Positions 47,362 to 57,132 of a DNA stretch of 64,000 nucleotides are shown here, in pieces (position 1 is the first letter of the stretch; every line of letters begins with the position of its first letter). Location: assembly GCA_021826225.1 (NCBI GenBank), contig JAKBAV010000003.1:1561-65560 (forward strand), read 5' to 3'. The notes beneath the pieces are model-generated. The model was not told the DNA's origin and made no database searches. It saw only the letters and a program-made list of their open reading frames with translations. The position numbers and the translations under genes were made by a program. This stretch comes from Pseudomonadota bacterium. Lineage in GTDB: Bacteria > Pseudomonadota > Alphaproteobacteria > Acetobacterales > Acetobacteraceae.

Positions 47362-48485
47362 GGCGCGACACCACCACGGCGCATGGCGCTTGCCAAGAGC
47401 AGCAGCAGCAGCACCGGCACCAGATGCGCGTAGCGCGGCATCCAGGGCAGCAGCCCGGGGGCGAACCAGACGAGAAAATACAGCACGGGCTCGCCCGGGA
47501 AAAACCCCGCCGCCCGCCGCTCCCGCACCAGCAGCGCCACCGCCAGCGCCACCCCGAGCAGGTCGTAATCATGCAGATACGGGCTGGCCAAAGCCGAGAG
47601 CACGAGCAGCACCGCGGGCCGCCGCGTCCATAGCCCCGCCGCGATACAGGCGGCACTCACCACCGCCTGCCCGAGCAGCGCCCCACGCACCCCGGCATAG
47701 GGCTTCAGCGCGGCGAACACGCTGATCAGCCCGCCCGCGAATTCCGGCGGCTGGCCGGTGAGCAGCACCTTGCTCATGGCCGGGCTGGTATAATGCACGA
47801 AGCCCAGCCACGCCGCCGGGCCGAAGGCCAGCAGCGAGGCGCCGGCCAGCAGCACCGCCGCCAGCGCCGCCCAGGCAAAGGCGATGGGCCGGCGGCGCAG
47901 CAGATGCAGCGGCAGCACCAGCCCGAGCTGCGGCTTGATCGTCGCCAGCCCGATCAGCCCCCCGGCCAGACGCGGCCGCGCCTCCAACAGCAACAGCCCG
48001 CCGCCCAGCAGCGCCGTCATCAGTGCCGCGTTCTGGTGCTCCAGCGCATTCTCCAAACTCGCCGGCGCCACCGCGATGGCGGCGATAAACCACCAGCTCT
48101 GCCCGCTCAGGCGCAACAGCAAGGCCAGCAGCGCCAGGCTGGCAACATCGAAGCTCAACACGTCGCCCCAGGGCGGCAGGAGCGAAAAACCGGCGGCGAC
48201 CAGCCCATAATTCGGCGGATAGCTCCACAGATGATACGGCAGCTTGCCATAGAGCCCCTGCAAAAAAGCCTGATACGCGCCGTGGTCGAATAATAGCGGC
48301 AACTGGTGGTGCCGCAGCAGAAACCCGCCGGCCCAGAAATCCAGCCCATCGCGCAGCGCCTTGCCGGTATAGCCGTGCCGTTCGCCCCATAATATGGCGT
48401 AGGCCTCGCAGAGCGAGGGCAGGGCACACACCGCCAGGATCAGCCCCAGTTTAACACGGGCCGAGAATTGACTTGTTTCGTCCAT
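47322..48485 (-). CDS. GT87/DUF2029-like membrane glycosyltransferase
   Basis: DFWAGG, WSYPP, QNA-x-L, IKPQLG, SPYLHDYD; polytopic membrane protein. Confidence 0.8.
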   Translation of the reverse strand: MDETSQFSARVKLGLILAVCALPSLCEAYAILWGERHGYTGKALRDGLDFWAGGFLLRHHQLPLLFDHGAYQAFLQGLYGKLPYHLWSYPPNYGLVAAGFSLLPPWGDVLSFDVASLALLALLLRLSGQSWWFIAAIAVAPASLENALEHQNAALMTALLGGGLLLLEARPRLAGGLIGLATIKPQLGLVLPLHLLRRRPIAFAWAALAAVLLAGASLLAFGPAAWLGFVHYTSPAMSKVLLTGQPPEFAGGLISVFAALKPYAGVRGALLGQAVVSAACIAAGLWTRRPAVLLVLSALASPYLHDYDLLGVALAVALLVRERRAAGFFPGEPVLYFLVWFAPGLLPWMPRYAHLVPVLLLLLLASAMRRGGVAPCDSYPAPPGLPG

Positions 48486-48531
48486 ATGCGCTTTATTCCG
48501 GGCTTTCTGTCCGCGCCTTGAAAGCACATCC

Positions 48532-49728
48532 ATGTACCCCGCGCTAATGCCGAATTACAATCGGGCCGACCTCGCCTTCACCCATGGCACCGGAGCCTGG
48601 CTGCATGCGGAAAACGGCCGCCGCTACCTGGATTTCGGCGCCGGCATCGCGACCTCCTCGCTCGGCCACGGCCATAAGCATCTGGCCGCCGAAATCGCCG
48701 CCCAGGCGGCCCGGGTCATTCACGTCTCCAACCTGTACCGCGTGCCGCAGGCCGAGCGCCTGGCCGCGCGCTACGTGGCGGCCAGCTTCGCCGACAGCAT
48801 CTTTTTCTGCAATTCCGGCGCCGAGGCCAATGAGGCGCTGGTCAAAGCCATCCGCAAGGCGCAGTCCGATGCCGGCCATCCGGAACGCACCCGCGTCATC
48901 TGCTTCGAGGGCGCCTTCCACGGCCGCACCCTGGCTATGATCTCGGCCACCGGCAACGCCAAATACCTCGCCGGGTTCGGCCCGCCGGTCGCGGGCTTCG
49001 ACCATGTGCCCTTCAACAATCTGAACGCCTTGCGCGCCGCCATCACGGCGGAAACCGCCGGCATACTGGTCGAGCCCGTGCAGGGCGAGGGCGGCGTACG
49101 CCCGGCTGAGCCGGGCTTCCTGGCGGGGCTGCGCGCCGCCTGCGACGAATTCGGCCTGTTCCTCGGCTTCGATGAGGTGCAGACCGGCATGGGCCGCAGC
49201 GGCAAATTCTTCGCCCATGAATGGTCCGGCATCACGCCTGATATCCTGTCCTCCGCCAAGGGCATCGGCGGCGGCTTCCCCATGGCGGCGGTATTCGCGC
49301 GTGAAGCCCTGGCCAAGGCATTGGTCCCGGGCAGCCACGGCACCACCTATGGCGGCGGCCCGCTCGCCTGCGCCGCCGGCAATGCGGTGCTCGACGTGCT
49401 GCTTGCCGACGGCTTTCTCGACCAGGTCAACCATACCGCCGCCTATCTGCGCGCCGGGCTCGAGGCCCTGGTCAGCCGCCACGGCCAGGTCTTCACCGAG
49501 CTGCGCGGCCTTGGCCTGCTGCTCGGCCTGAAATGCGCCGTGCCCAACGCCGCTGCGCAAACCGCCGCCATGGAGGCCGGGCTGCTCACCGTCGCCGCCG
49601 GCGAGAACGTGCTGCGCCTGGCACCACCTCTCATCATCGGCCGCGCGGAATGCGACGCGGCGCTGGACATGCTCGAAACCACGGCGCGGCGCCTCAAGCC
49701 CGCCGCAACTGAGGCTTTGGCGAAATAA
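48532..49728 (+). CDS. argD: Acetylornithine aminotransferase
   Basis: [38 protein letters not shown]; upstream of argF. Confidence 0.95.
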   Translation: MYPALMPNYNRADLAFTHGTGAWLHAENGRRYLDFGAGIATSSLGHGHKHLAAEIAAQAARVIHVSNLYRVPQAERLAARYVAASFADSIFFCNSGAEANEALVKAIRKAQSDAGHPERTRVICFEGAFHGRTLAMISATGNAKYLAGFGPPVAGFDHVPFNNLNALRAAITAETAGILVEPVQGEGGVRPAEPGFLAGLRAACDEFGLFLGFDEVQTGMGRSGKFFAHEWSGITPDILSSAKGIGGGFPMAAVFAREALAKALVPGSHGTTYGGGPLACAAGNAVLDVLLADGFLDQVNHTAAYLRAGLEALVSRHGQVFTELRGLGLLLGLKCAVPNAAAQTAAMEAGLLTVAAGENVLRLAPPLIIGRAECDAALDMLETTARRLKPAATEALAK

Positions 49729-49729
49729 C

Positions 49730-50668
49730 ATGAGCGCGGTGGTAGAATTGCGGCCAGGCCCGCCCCGGCATTTCCTTGATCTCCGGCATTTCTCCGGCGC
49801 CGACCTGCGCGCCCTGCTCGACACCGCCGCCGCCTTCAAGCGCGCCCGGCGCAATGGGGCCAAAAAACCCCTGGCCGGCAAAACCCTGGCGATGATCTTC
49901 GAGAAACCCTCCACCCGCACCCGCGTCTCCTTCGAGGTCGCGGTGAAGGAGCTGGGCGGGGACGCCATCGTGCTGTCCTCGCGTGACATGCAGCTCGGGC
50001 GGGGCGAAACCATCGCCGACACCGCCCAGGTCCTCTCCCGCTTCGCCGACGGGCTGATGCTCCGCACCGACAGCGCGGCCAAGCTCCACGCCCTGGCCCG
50101 CCACGCCACCGTGCCGGTCATCAACGGCCTGACCGATCTTTCGCATCCCTGCCAGATCATGGCCGATATCCTCACCTTCGAGGAACATCGCGGCCCCATC
50201 GCCGGGCAGAAAATCGCCTGGATCGGCGACGGCAATAACGTCGCCGCCTCGCTCATTGAAGCCGCCGCCCGCTTCAATTTCACGCTGCATCTGGCCTGCC
50301 CGGCCGGCTACTGGCCGCGCCCCGAGGTGCTGGAATGGGCCCGGGCGGAAAAAGCCGATGTCGAGGTGACCATCGACGCCGAAGCGGCGGCCGAAAACGC
50401 CGCCTGCATTGTAACCGACACCTGGCTCTCAATGTCAGACTCAGAAGACCAGGCCGCCGCCCGCGCCGCCGCCTTCGCGCCCTATCAGGTCACCCCCGCG
50501 CTGATGGCCCAGGCCCAGCCCGGCGCCATCTTCCAGCACTGCCTCCCCGCCCATCGCGGCGAGGAAGTCGCGGCCGAGGTAATAGACGGCCCCGCCTCCG
50601 TGGTGTTCGACGAAGCCGAAAACCGCCTGCACGCCCAAAAAGCCATTCTGGCTTGGTGCATGGGGTAA
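49730..50668 (+). CDS. argF: Ornithine carbamoyltransferase
   Basis: [35 protein letters not shown]. Confidence 0.97.
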   Translation: MSAVVELRPGPPRHFLDLRHFSGADLRALLDTAAAFKRARRNGAKKPLAGKTLAMIFEKPSTRTRVSFEVAVKELGGDAIVLSSRDMQLGRGETIADTAQVLSRFADGLMLRTDSAAKLHALARHATVPVINGLTDLSHPCQIMADILTFEEHRGPIAGQKIAWIGDGNNVAASLIEAAARFNFTLHLACPAGYWPRPEVLEWARAEKADVEVTIDAEAAAENAACIVTDTWLSMSDSEDQAAARAAAFAPYQVTPALMAQAQPGAIFQHCLPAHRGEEVAAEVIDGPASVVFDEAENRLHAQKAILAWCMG

Positions 50669-50679
50669 TCCGGCCCGGC

Positions 50680-51498
50680 TTACGGCTGGGTGGCGAAGGC
50701 GCCCGTACTGTATCCCGGCTGCGCCGGTTCCCCGAAGGCCGCCAGTATCTCCCGGAAACGCGCCGCCACATTGTCCCGGTATTCCGGATGGGTGATGATA
50801 TATGGCGCATTCGCCGCCACCGCCCGCACCACGGCGCGGCCCAGCCAGACTGGCTCCATCATGCTGGCGCGGATGGCCTCGGCCCGTTGCGGATCGGCGA
50901 CCGCCTTTAACAGATCCGTCTCCGCCATGCGGCTGCGCGTCAATCCTGGAAACAGCGTCGAAACCCCGACGCCGCGCGGCGCCAGCTCCTGCCGCAGCGC
51001 ATCCGAAAGCCCGAGCACGGCGAATTTGCTCGCTGAATAGGCCGCGAAACTGCCATGCGGCATCAGCCCATTCATCGACGAGGTATTCACGATATGCCCG
51101 CTGCCACGCGCGCCCATGGCCTCGGCAAAGCTGATCACGCCGTTATAAACGCCGGTCACGTTGATCGCGATGATCCGGTTGAACGCTTCGGGCGGGATCG
51201 CGGTGAGCGGCTTGAAACCCGAGGAAATTCCCGCATTATTGCACAATACATCGATGAGCCCGTGGCGTGCCTCGATCAGCCGCCGCGCCGCCGCCCAGCT
51301 CTCGAGCGAGGTCACATCCAGCGCCGTCACCATCACATCGGTGCCGGCGGGCAGTCCGGCCGCCACCGTCGCGGCATGGTCCCCGTTGATATCGGCCAGG
51401 ATGATTTTCGCGCCCTGCTCGGCAAAGGCCAGCGCCATGCCTTGCCCGATACCGCCGCCACCACCCGTGATCAGCACGCTCTTGCCCGCGATCTGCAT
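50680..51498 (-). CDS. Short-chain dehydrogenase/reductase
   Basis: TGGGGGIG, NNAG, GHIVNTSS, YSASK. Confidence 0.92.
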   Translation of the reverse strand: MQIAGKSVLITGGGGGIGQGMALAFAEQGAKIILADINGDHAATVAAGLPAGTDVMVTALDVTSLESWAAARRLIEARHGLIDVLCNNAGISSGFKPLTAIPPEAFNRIIAINVTGVYNGVISFAEAMGARGSGHIVNTSSMNGLMPHGSFAAYSASKFAVLGLSDALRQELAPRGVGVSTLFPGLTRSRMAETDLLKAVADPQRAEAIRASMMEPVWLGRAVVRAVAANAPYIITHPEYRDNVAARFREILAAFGEPAQPGYSTGAFATQP

Positions 51499-51628
51499 CG
51501 TCCATTCCTCCGCTTTTATAATTTACAACATCATTGTCGCAAAAATTCGCAGGATGGAAAAGAGGCCATGCCGGCCCGCCGCGGTTTAATCGCCTCAGGG
51601 TTTGACTATGTAATGCCCAGGAGGAACC

Positions 51629-51925
51629 ATGATGACCAAGCTTCTCGATAAATCCGCCCTGACCAGCCTGCCCAAAAAATGGACGCTCAGCGGGGATGAA
51701 AAATCCATCCACCAGAATTTCGAATTCAAAACCTTCGCCGAGGCGTTTTCCTTCATGACTCACGTCGCCCTGCTCGCGGAAAAAGCCGACCATCATCCCG
51801 ATTGGTCGAACGCCTACAACAAGGTAGACATCACCCTTTCAAGCCATGATGCCGGCGGCCTCACGCAGAAGGATATCGACCTCGCCGCGCAGATCTCGCA
51901 TTTCGTCTGGCTGCCGCAAAACTGA
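51629..51925 (+). CDS. phhB: Pterin-4a-carbinolamine dehydratase
   Basis: [17 protein letters not shown]...SHDAGGLT-x-KD; AGGAGG RBS. Confidence 0.93.
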   Translation: MMTKLLDKSALTSLPKKWTLSGDEKSIHQNFEFKTFAEAFSFMTHVALLAEKADHHPDWSNAYNKVDITLSSHDAGGLTQKDIDLAAQISHFVWLPQN

Positions 51926-51937
51926 TCAGCGAACCAC

Positions 51938-53359
51938 TCAGCCGCCCGGCACGGCAATCCAGCGCGGACCGGGATTGGTGCCATCCGCCGCATTGCCATC
52001 CACCAGAAACACCGGCGGCGCGTTCCCCAGCGCCGTAACCCGCGCCTGCAGCGCCCCGGCATCGGCCACGGTCAACCCATTCACCTGCTCGATCACATCC
52101 CCCGCGACAATCCCGGCTTTCGCCGCCGCGCCGGTGGCGGACATCACCGACACCCCGCTGACCACGCCCTGCACCGCGGGCTTGCCCGCCAGCCCGAGCC
52201 CGAGCGCGCTCAGAATCACCGGCGCCGCTGGCGGCGGCGGCGGCAAAATCAGGCTCTCATCCAGCGGCGGCGGCGGCGCGGTCACGGTCACATCCGCCTG
52301 GCCGATGCCGCCATCGCGGTAAAACCGCACCACCACGGTCTTGCCCGCCGGAATTTCGGCGGTGCGGATCAGCAAAGCCCGCGGGTTATCCACCGCCACA
52401 CCATCCAGCCCCACGATCACATCGCCCGTATCGAGCACGCCGGCACTCGGCCCATTGGGGGCAACCGCGCCCACCAGCGCGCCTTTCGTGTCCGGCAGGG
52501 TCAGCACCGCCTGCACCTGCGGCGTCACCTCCTCGGTCGCCACGCCCAGCCAGCCGCGCTGCATCGCCCCGGTATGCGCGAGCGCCCGCGCCACGGGTGC
52601 CGCCATGGCGGAGGGAATGGCAAAGCCGATCCCATCGGAATCGCCATTGGGCGACTCGATGGCCGAATTCACCCCGATCACCTCGCCCGCCAGATTGAAC
52701 AGCGGCCCGCCGGAATTGCCGCGATTGATCGCCGCATCGGTCTGGATGAAATCGTCGAAACTCGTATCGCCGATCACCCGGTGCAGCGCGCTTATGATCC
52801 CGGCGGAGGTGCTCCCCGGCAGGCCGAACGGATTGCCGATCGCCATTACCCAGTCACCCACCCGCATCTTCCCGGAATCGCCGAATTTCAGGAAGGGCAG
52901 CCTGTGTCCGGCATCGATCTTCAGAACCGCAAGGTCGGCATCCTTGTCCCGCCCGGCGATCGTGGCATCGTAGACCGCGCCATCGGGGAAGGTCACGGTC
53001 ACGGCGCTGGCGCCGTCGATCACATGATTGTTGGTGAGAATATAGCCCGCCGGATCGAACACGAAGCCCGAACCCAGCGATTCGATGGTTTTGGGCGGCG
53101 GCACCAGGCTGCCCGAGGTGTTCTCGGTGGTATCGGCGGTGCGCAGCGCGCTGCTATCGCCGCCAGTTTCGCCGCCATCCTGGCTGGCGTCAGCCGGCGG
53201 CGCGCTCGTCAGCGGCGCCATGGCGGCTATGCTCACCACCGCCGGCATCACCTGCGCCGCCAGATTGCCGAGCCCCAGCGGCAGCTCCGCCGCCCGCGCG
53301 GCACCCAGGCCGAACCCGGCGAAACTGAGGAGAGCAAGCAGGCGGGCGATCTGGCGCAT
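51938..53359 (-). CDS. DegP/HtrA (Do) family serine protease with PDZ domains
   Basis: Signal peptide; TNNHVI, DLAVLK, GNSGGPL; RGWLGV PDZ entry. Confidence 0.93.
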   Translation of the reverse strand: MRQIARLLALLSFAGFGLGAARAAELPLGLGNLAAQVMPAVVSIAAMAPLTSAPPADASQDGGETGGDSSALRTADTTENTSGSLVPPPKTIESLGSGFVFDPAGYILTNNHVIDGASAVTVTFPDGAVYDATIAGRDKDADLAVLKIDAGHRLPFLKFGDSGKMRVGDWVMAIGNPFGLPGSTSAGIISALHRVIGDTSFDDFIQTDAAINRGNSGGPLFNLAGEVIGVNSAIESPNGDSDGIGFAIPSAMAAPVARALAHTGAMQRGWLGVATEEVTPQVQAVLTLPDTKGALVGAVAPNGPSAGVLDTGDVIVGLDGVAVDNPRALLIRTAEIPAGKTVVVRFYRDGGIGQADVTVTAPPPPLDESLILPPPPPAAPVILSALGLGLAGKPAVQGVVSGVSVMSATGAAAKAGIVAGDVIEQVNGLTVADAGALQARVTALGNAPPVFLVDGNAADGTNPGPRWIAVPGG

Positions 53360-53416
53360 GGCTAAACTTTGCGGCGCGGGGATGATCTTCGCAAGAGGCT
53401 GGGCTATGCCTGGGCC

Positions 53417-54418
53417 ATGAATGAATCAGATATCCGCGCCGCCCTGGCGCCCTTCGGTCTCGAAACCCGGCTCGACGGTGTGCATGTCCAGGACGGGCTG
53501 GTCCAGGTCAGCCTGTTATCCTCGCGCGCGGAAGCCGCCGGGCTGGAGCCCCTGCGCCGCGACATCGAGGCCGCCTTGCGCGCCCTGCCCGGGGTGCGCT
53601 CCGCCAGCGTGGTGCTCACCGCCGCCACCAAGCCGGCCGCTCCAGCCGCGCCGGACTCCCTGCTGCCCGGCGTTAAAACCATCATCGCCGTGGCCTCGGG
53701 CAAAGGCGGGGTCGGCAAATCCACCGTCGCGGTCAATCTCGCCGTCGCTTTGGCGCAATCCGGCCTGAAAACCGGCCTGCTCGATGCCGATATCTACGGC
53801 CCCTCAGTGCCGCGCATGCTCGGCACCGCGGCCCAGCCGGAGGTGCGCCAGGGCCGCATCCAGCCCCTCACCGCCTGGGGCCTCACCCTCATGTCCATGG
53901 GCTTTCTGGTGCCGGAGGATAAAGCCCTGGTCTGGCGCGGCCCGATGGTGATGGGCGCGATTAACCAGATGCTGGGCCAGGTCGATTGGGGCACGCTCGA
54001 CGTGCTGGTGGTCGACATGCCGCCCGGCACCGGCGATGCCCAGCTCACCTTGGCGCAAAAGGCCAAACCGCATGGCGCCGTCATCGTCTCCACCCCGCAG
54101 GACATCTCGCTGCTCGACGCGCGGCGGGGCATAAAAATGTTCGAACAGGTGAATGTGCCGATCCTCGGCATCATCGAGAACATGTCGTATTATGCCTGCC
54201 CGCATTGCGGCCACCATGCCGAGATTTTCGGCCATGGCGGCGCCCGGGCCGAGGCGATGCGCCTCGGCGTGCCCTTCCTCGGCGAAATTCCGCTCGAACG
54301 CGCCATCCGCGAAAGCGGCGATGCCGGCGCCCCCATCACCGCCGCGGCGCCGGAAAGCGAAACCGCCGCCGCCTTCCGCGCCCTGGCGGCACAATTGCGC
54401 GAGACCCTGCACATCTGA
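53417..54418 (+). CDS. mrp: Mrp/ApbC Fe-S cluster carrier ATPase
   Basis: SGKGGVGKST, DADIYGPS, WRGPMV, DMPPGTGD, ENMS...CPHC. Confidence 0.95.
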   Translation: MNESDIRAALAPFGLETRLDGVHVQDGLVQVSLLSSRAEAAGLEPLRRDIEAALRALPGVRSASVVLTAATKPAAPAAPDSLLPGVKTIIAVASGKGGVGKSTVAVNLAVALAQSGLKTGLLDADIYGPSVPRMLGTAAQPEVRQGRIQPLTAWGLTLMSMGFLVPEDKALVWRGPMVMGAINQMLGQVDWGTLDVLVVDMPPGTGDAQLTLAQKAKPHGAVIVSTPQDISLLDARRGIKMFEQVNVPILGIIENMSYYACPHCGHHAEIFGHGGARAEAMRLGVPFLGEIPLERAIRESGDAGAPITAAAPESETAAAFRALAAQLRETLHI

Positions 54419-54864
54419 TGGCGGAAATCGGCTTCTACCACCTCACCCGCACGGATATCCTCGCCGCCCTCCCGGCCCTGCTCGGCCGCACGCTGGCCCT
54501 CGACGAACGCGCGCTCGTGGTCTGCGCCGATGCCGCCACGCTGAACAAGCTCGATGCCGGATTATGGAGCTGCCTGTCGCCCGACTGGCTCCCCCACGGC
54601 ACCGCCGCCACGCCGCACCCGGAATGGCAGCCTATTTTCCTCACCCTCGATGGCACCGCCAACCCGGCCGGCGCCAAATTCCTGTTCCGCCTCGGCGGTG
54701 CCGCCGCCGATCCCGCCGGCTTCACGCGCATGTTCGACCTGTTCGACGGCAATGACGACGAAGCCGTCCTGGCCGCCCGCGCCCGCTGGCGCGAGGCCAA
54801 AGCCGCCGGCCACACGCTCACCTACTGGAAACAGGAGGAAACCGGCTGGGTCAAAGCCGGCTGA
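54418..54864 (+). CDS. holC: DNA polymerase III chi subunit
   Basis: MAEIGFYHLTR, LDAGLW, WLPHG, FDG-x-D...ARARW, YWKQ...GW; TGATG overlap with mrp. Confidence 0.92.
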   Translation: MAEIGFYHLTRTDILAALPALLGRTLALDERALVVCADAATLNKLDAGLWSCLSPDWLPHGTAATPHPEWQPIFLTLDGTANPAGAKFLFRLGGAAADPAGFTRMFDLFDGNDDEAVLAARARWREAKAAGHTLTYWKQEETGWVKAG

Positions 54865-55009
54865 TCCCGATATCGGCGGGGCGTTCCGCAAGGCGCTTGA
54901 CGCCCTGTAGGCCCGGTTATAACCCTGTCGGCCAAGAAAGATGCCCGACGCGAACAAGCGCGCAGGGGCGGTTTTTCAAGCAATCAAAGCTTTGAACCAA
55001 GGGGAAAAC

Positions 55010-55861
55010 ATGGCCAAAATCACCGTCAACGGGCTCGGCATCGCCTATGAGATCATCGGCAGTGGCAGCAAGACCGTGGCCATCACCCCCGGCGGCCGCT
55101 TCGCCAAGGAAACCCCCGGCGTGCGTGAGCTGGCCGAGGAACTGGCCAGAAACGGCATGAAGGCGCTCATCTGGGACCGCCCCAATTGCGGTGAATCCGA
55201 TATCAGCTTCGATGCCGAGAGCGAGTCCATCCTCAACGCCGATACCTATGCCGGCCTGCTGAAAGCCCTGAATTTCGGCCCCACGCTGCTGGTCGGCGGC
55301 TCCGCCGGCTCGCGTGTCACCCTGCTCACCGCCATCCGCCATCCGGAAGTGGTCTCCGCTCTGTTCCTGCTCTGGATCTCGGGCGGTCCCATCAGCCTGG
55401 CCTCGCTCGCCGCGCATTACAACGCCGCCAACGCGGTCTCCGCCGTTATCGGCGGCATGGCGGCGGTCGCCGCTCTGCCCGAATGGGAGGAGCAGATCCG
55501 CCGTAATCCGGGCAACCGCGACCGCATCCTCGCGCAGGACCCGAAAACCTTCATCGCCACCATGCAGCGCTGGGCCGACAGCTTCCTGCCCAAGAGTCCC
55601 GCCCCCGTTCCCGGCCTCTCGCCGGAACAGCTCGGCGCCTTCAAATTTCCCGTCACCGTGCTGCGCAGCGGCGAGTCGGACCTCTACCACACCCGCGAAA
55701 CCAGCGAGGCGCTGGCGCGGATGATCCCCGGCGCCGAATTGCGGGAGCCGCCCTGGGCCGACACCGAATGGAACGAGCGTTCAATGGATGCCGGCAAGGG
55801 CCTGTTCCTGAGCTGGCCGAAACTGGCGCCGCAGATTCTGGAACTGGCGAAAAAAATCTAA
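55010..55861 (+). CDS. Alpha/beta hydrolase fold protein
   Basis: WDRPNCGESD, nucleophile-elbow-like GGSAGS, and PVTVL..GESD. Confidence 0.8.
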   Translation: MAKITVNGLGIAYEIIGSGSKTVAITPGGRFAKETPGVRELAEELARNGMKALIWDRPNCGESDISFDAESESILNADTYAGLLKALNFGPTLLVGGSAGSRVTLLTAIRHPEVVSALFLLWISGGPISLASLAAHYNAANAVSAVIGGMAAVAALPEWEEQIRRNPGNRDRILAQDPKTFIATMQRWADSFLPKSPAPVPGLSPEQLGAFKFPVTVLRSGESDLYHTRETSEALARMIPGAELREPPWADTEWNERSMDAGKGLFLSWPKLAPQILELAKKI

Positions 55862-55898
55862 CCGCGTCAAAAATCAGTCAAAACCGGAGGGACGAAAC

Positions 55899-56879
55899 AT
55901 GTCAGGCATTCAGGTTCGTGACCTACGGCACGGTCTGCCCTACGGCGCCATCGTTGCCGGCGTGACCTACGAAACGCTTGCCGATCCGCTGGTCCGTCAG
56001 CAGCTCAACGCCATCTTCGAAGATCGTGGCCTCATCGTCTTCGAGGGCGTTGAGCCCTCACAGAAAATGCACGTCACCGTCAGCAACGTGTTCGGTCCCC
56101 TCAAGGACCACCCCACCAACTCCACCCCGCGCGTCGATGGCGACGCGATACCCGGCGTCATCGACATGCACTCCAGGTCCCGCCCGTTCGATGGCAATAC
56201 CGACGGCCTGGTCGAAATAAACGGCAAACTCCTCGCCCGTTTCTCGCCCTGGCATTTCGACCATTGTTATAACGATGAGCTTAACCGCGCCGGCGTGCTG
56301 CGTGCCGTCATCAACGCCCCCAAAGGCGAAGGCGGCCGCACCGGCTTCGCCGATGGTGCTGAAATCTACAAAACCTTCTCGCCCGAACTGCGGAGCAAAA
56401 TCGAGCACCTCAACGCCATCTACACGCTCGATGTCCGCCTCTCCACCATGCGCTTCGGCCGCACCTTCAAAAGCTTCGGCGAACAACCCCATGTCTATAA
56501 AACCGTCGAGGAATCCCGCATTTTCCCACGCGCCATGCACCCCATGGTCTGGACCCGCCAGGACGGCAAGAAAGTGCTCCATGTCGGCCCCTGGATGGCC
56601 GTCGGCATCGAACACCACGAAACCCCCGAGGGCGAAACGCTGTTCGAGGAAGTCTGCCAGGAACTCAACCGCCAGGCCGACGCCAACGCCTATTGGCACG
56701 ACTGGAAACCAACCGACCTGCTGATCTGGGATAACTGGCGCATGGTCCACGCCGTCGAGGGCTGCGACCCGAAATGGGAACGCCAGACCCAGCGCACCAC
56801 CATCAAAGGTGATTATGGCCTGGGCACCTTCGAACACGGCAAAAAAATCGGCGAAGTCTTCCGCGAAATCGCCATGTAA
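55899..56879 (+). CDS. TauD/TfdA family Fe(II)/2-oxoglutarate dioxygenase
   Basis: WHFD (HxD), TGFAD, HPMV, W-x-x-x-DLLIWDNWRMVH...R; GGAGG RBS. Confidence 0.9.
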   Translation: MSGIQVRDLRHGLPYGAIVAGVTYETLADPLVRQQLNAIFEDRGLIVFEGVEPSQKMHVTVSNVFGPLKDHPTNSTPRVDGDAIPGVIDMHSRSRPFDGNTDGLVEINGKLLARFSPWHFDHCYNDELNRAGVLRAVINAPKGEGGRTGFADGAEIYKTFSPELRSKIEHLNAIYTLDVRLSTMRFGRTFKSFGEQPHVYKTVEESRIFPRAMHPMVWTRQDGKKVLHVGPWMAVGIEHHETPEGETLFEEVCQELNRQADANAYWHDWKPTDLLIWDNWRMVHAVEGCDPKWERQTQRTTIKGDYGLGTFEHGKKIGEVFREIAM

Positions 56880-57109
56880 GGGAAAAGGCCAGGGCTTTGC
56901 CCCTCGTGCGAAGCACGCCTTCGGCGTGACGCCCCCACCAAGGGCCGAAAGGCCCTTGGATCCCGTAACTAAAAAGGGTTTGGAAGGGGCCTGCCTCCCA
57001 GCCTCGTCGAGGCACGGCGGCAGGCCCCTTCCAAACCCTATCTTTAAGTCATGAGGTCCAGGGGCTCGGCCCCTGGCGGGTCCAGGGCGGAGCCCTGGCC
57101 TTTCCTAAC
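56876..57109. repeat. Nested palindromic intergenic element (REP/MITE-like)
   Basis: Terminal inverted repeats GGAAAAGGCCAGGGCT / AGCCCTGGCCTTTCC; central perfect 21-bp inverted repeat (56975-56995 / 57019-57039); several GC hairpins. Confidence 0.8.
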
Positions 57110-57132
57110 AACGCGTTTCAGGAGATTTTGCA

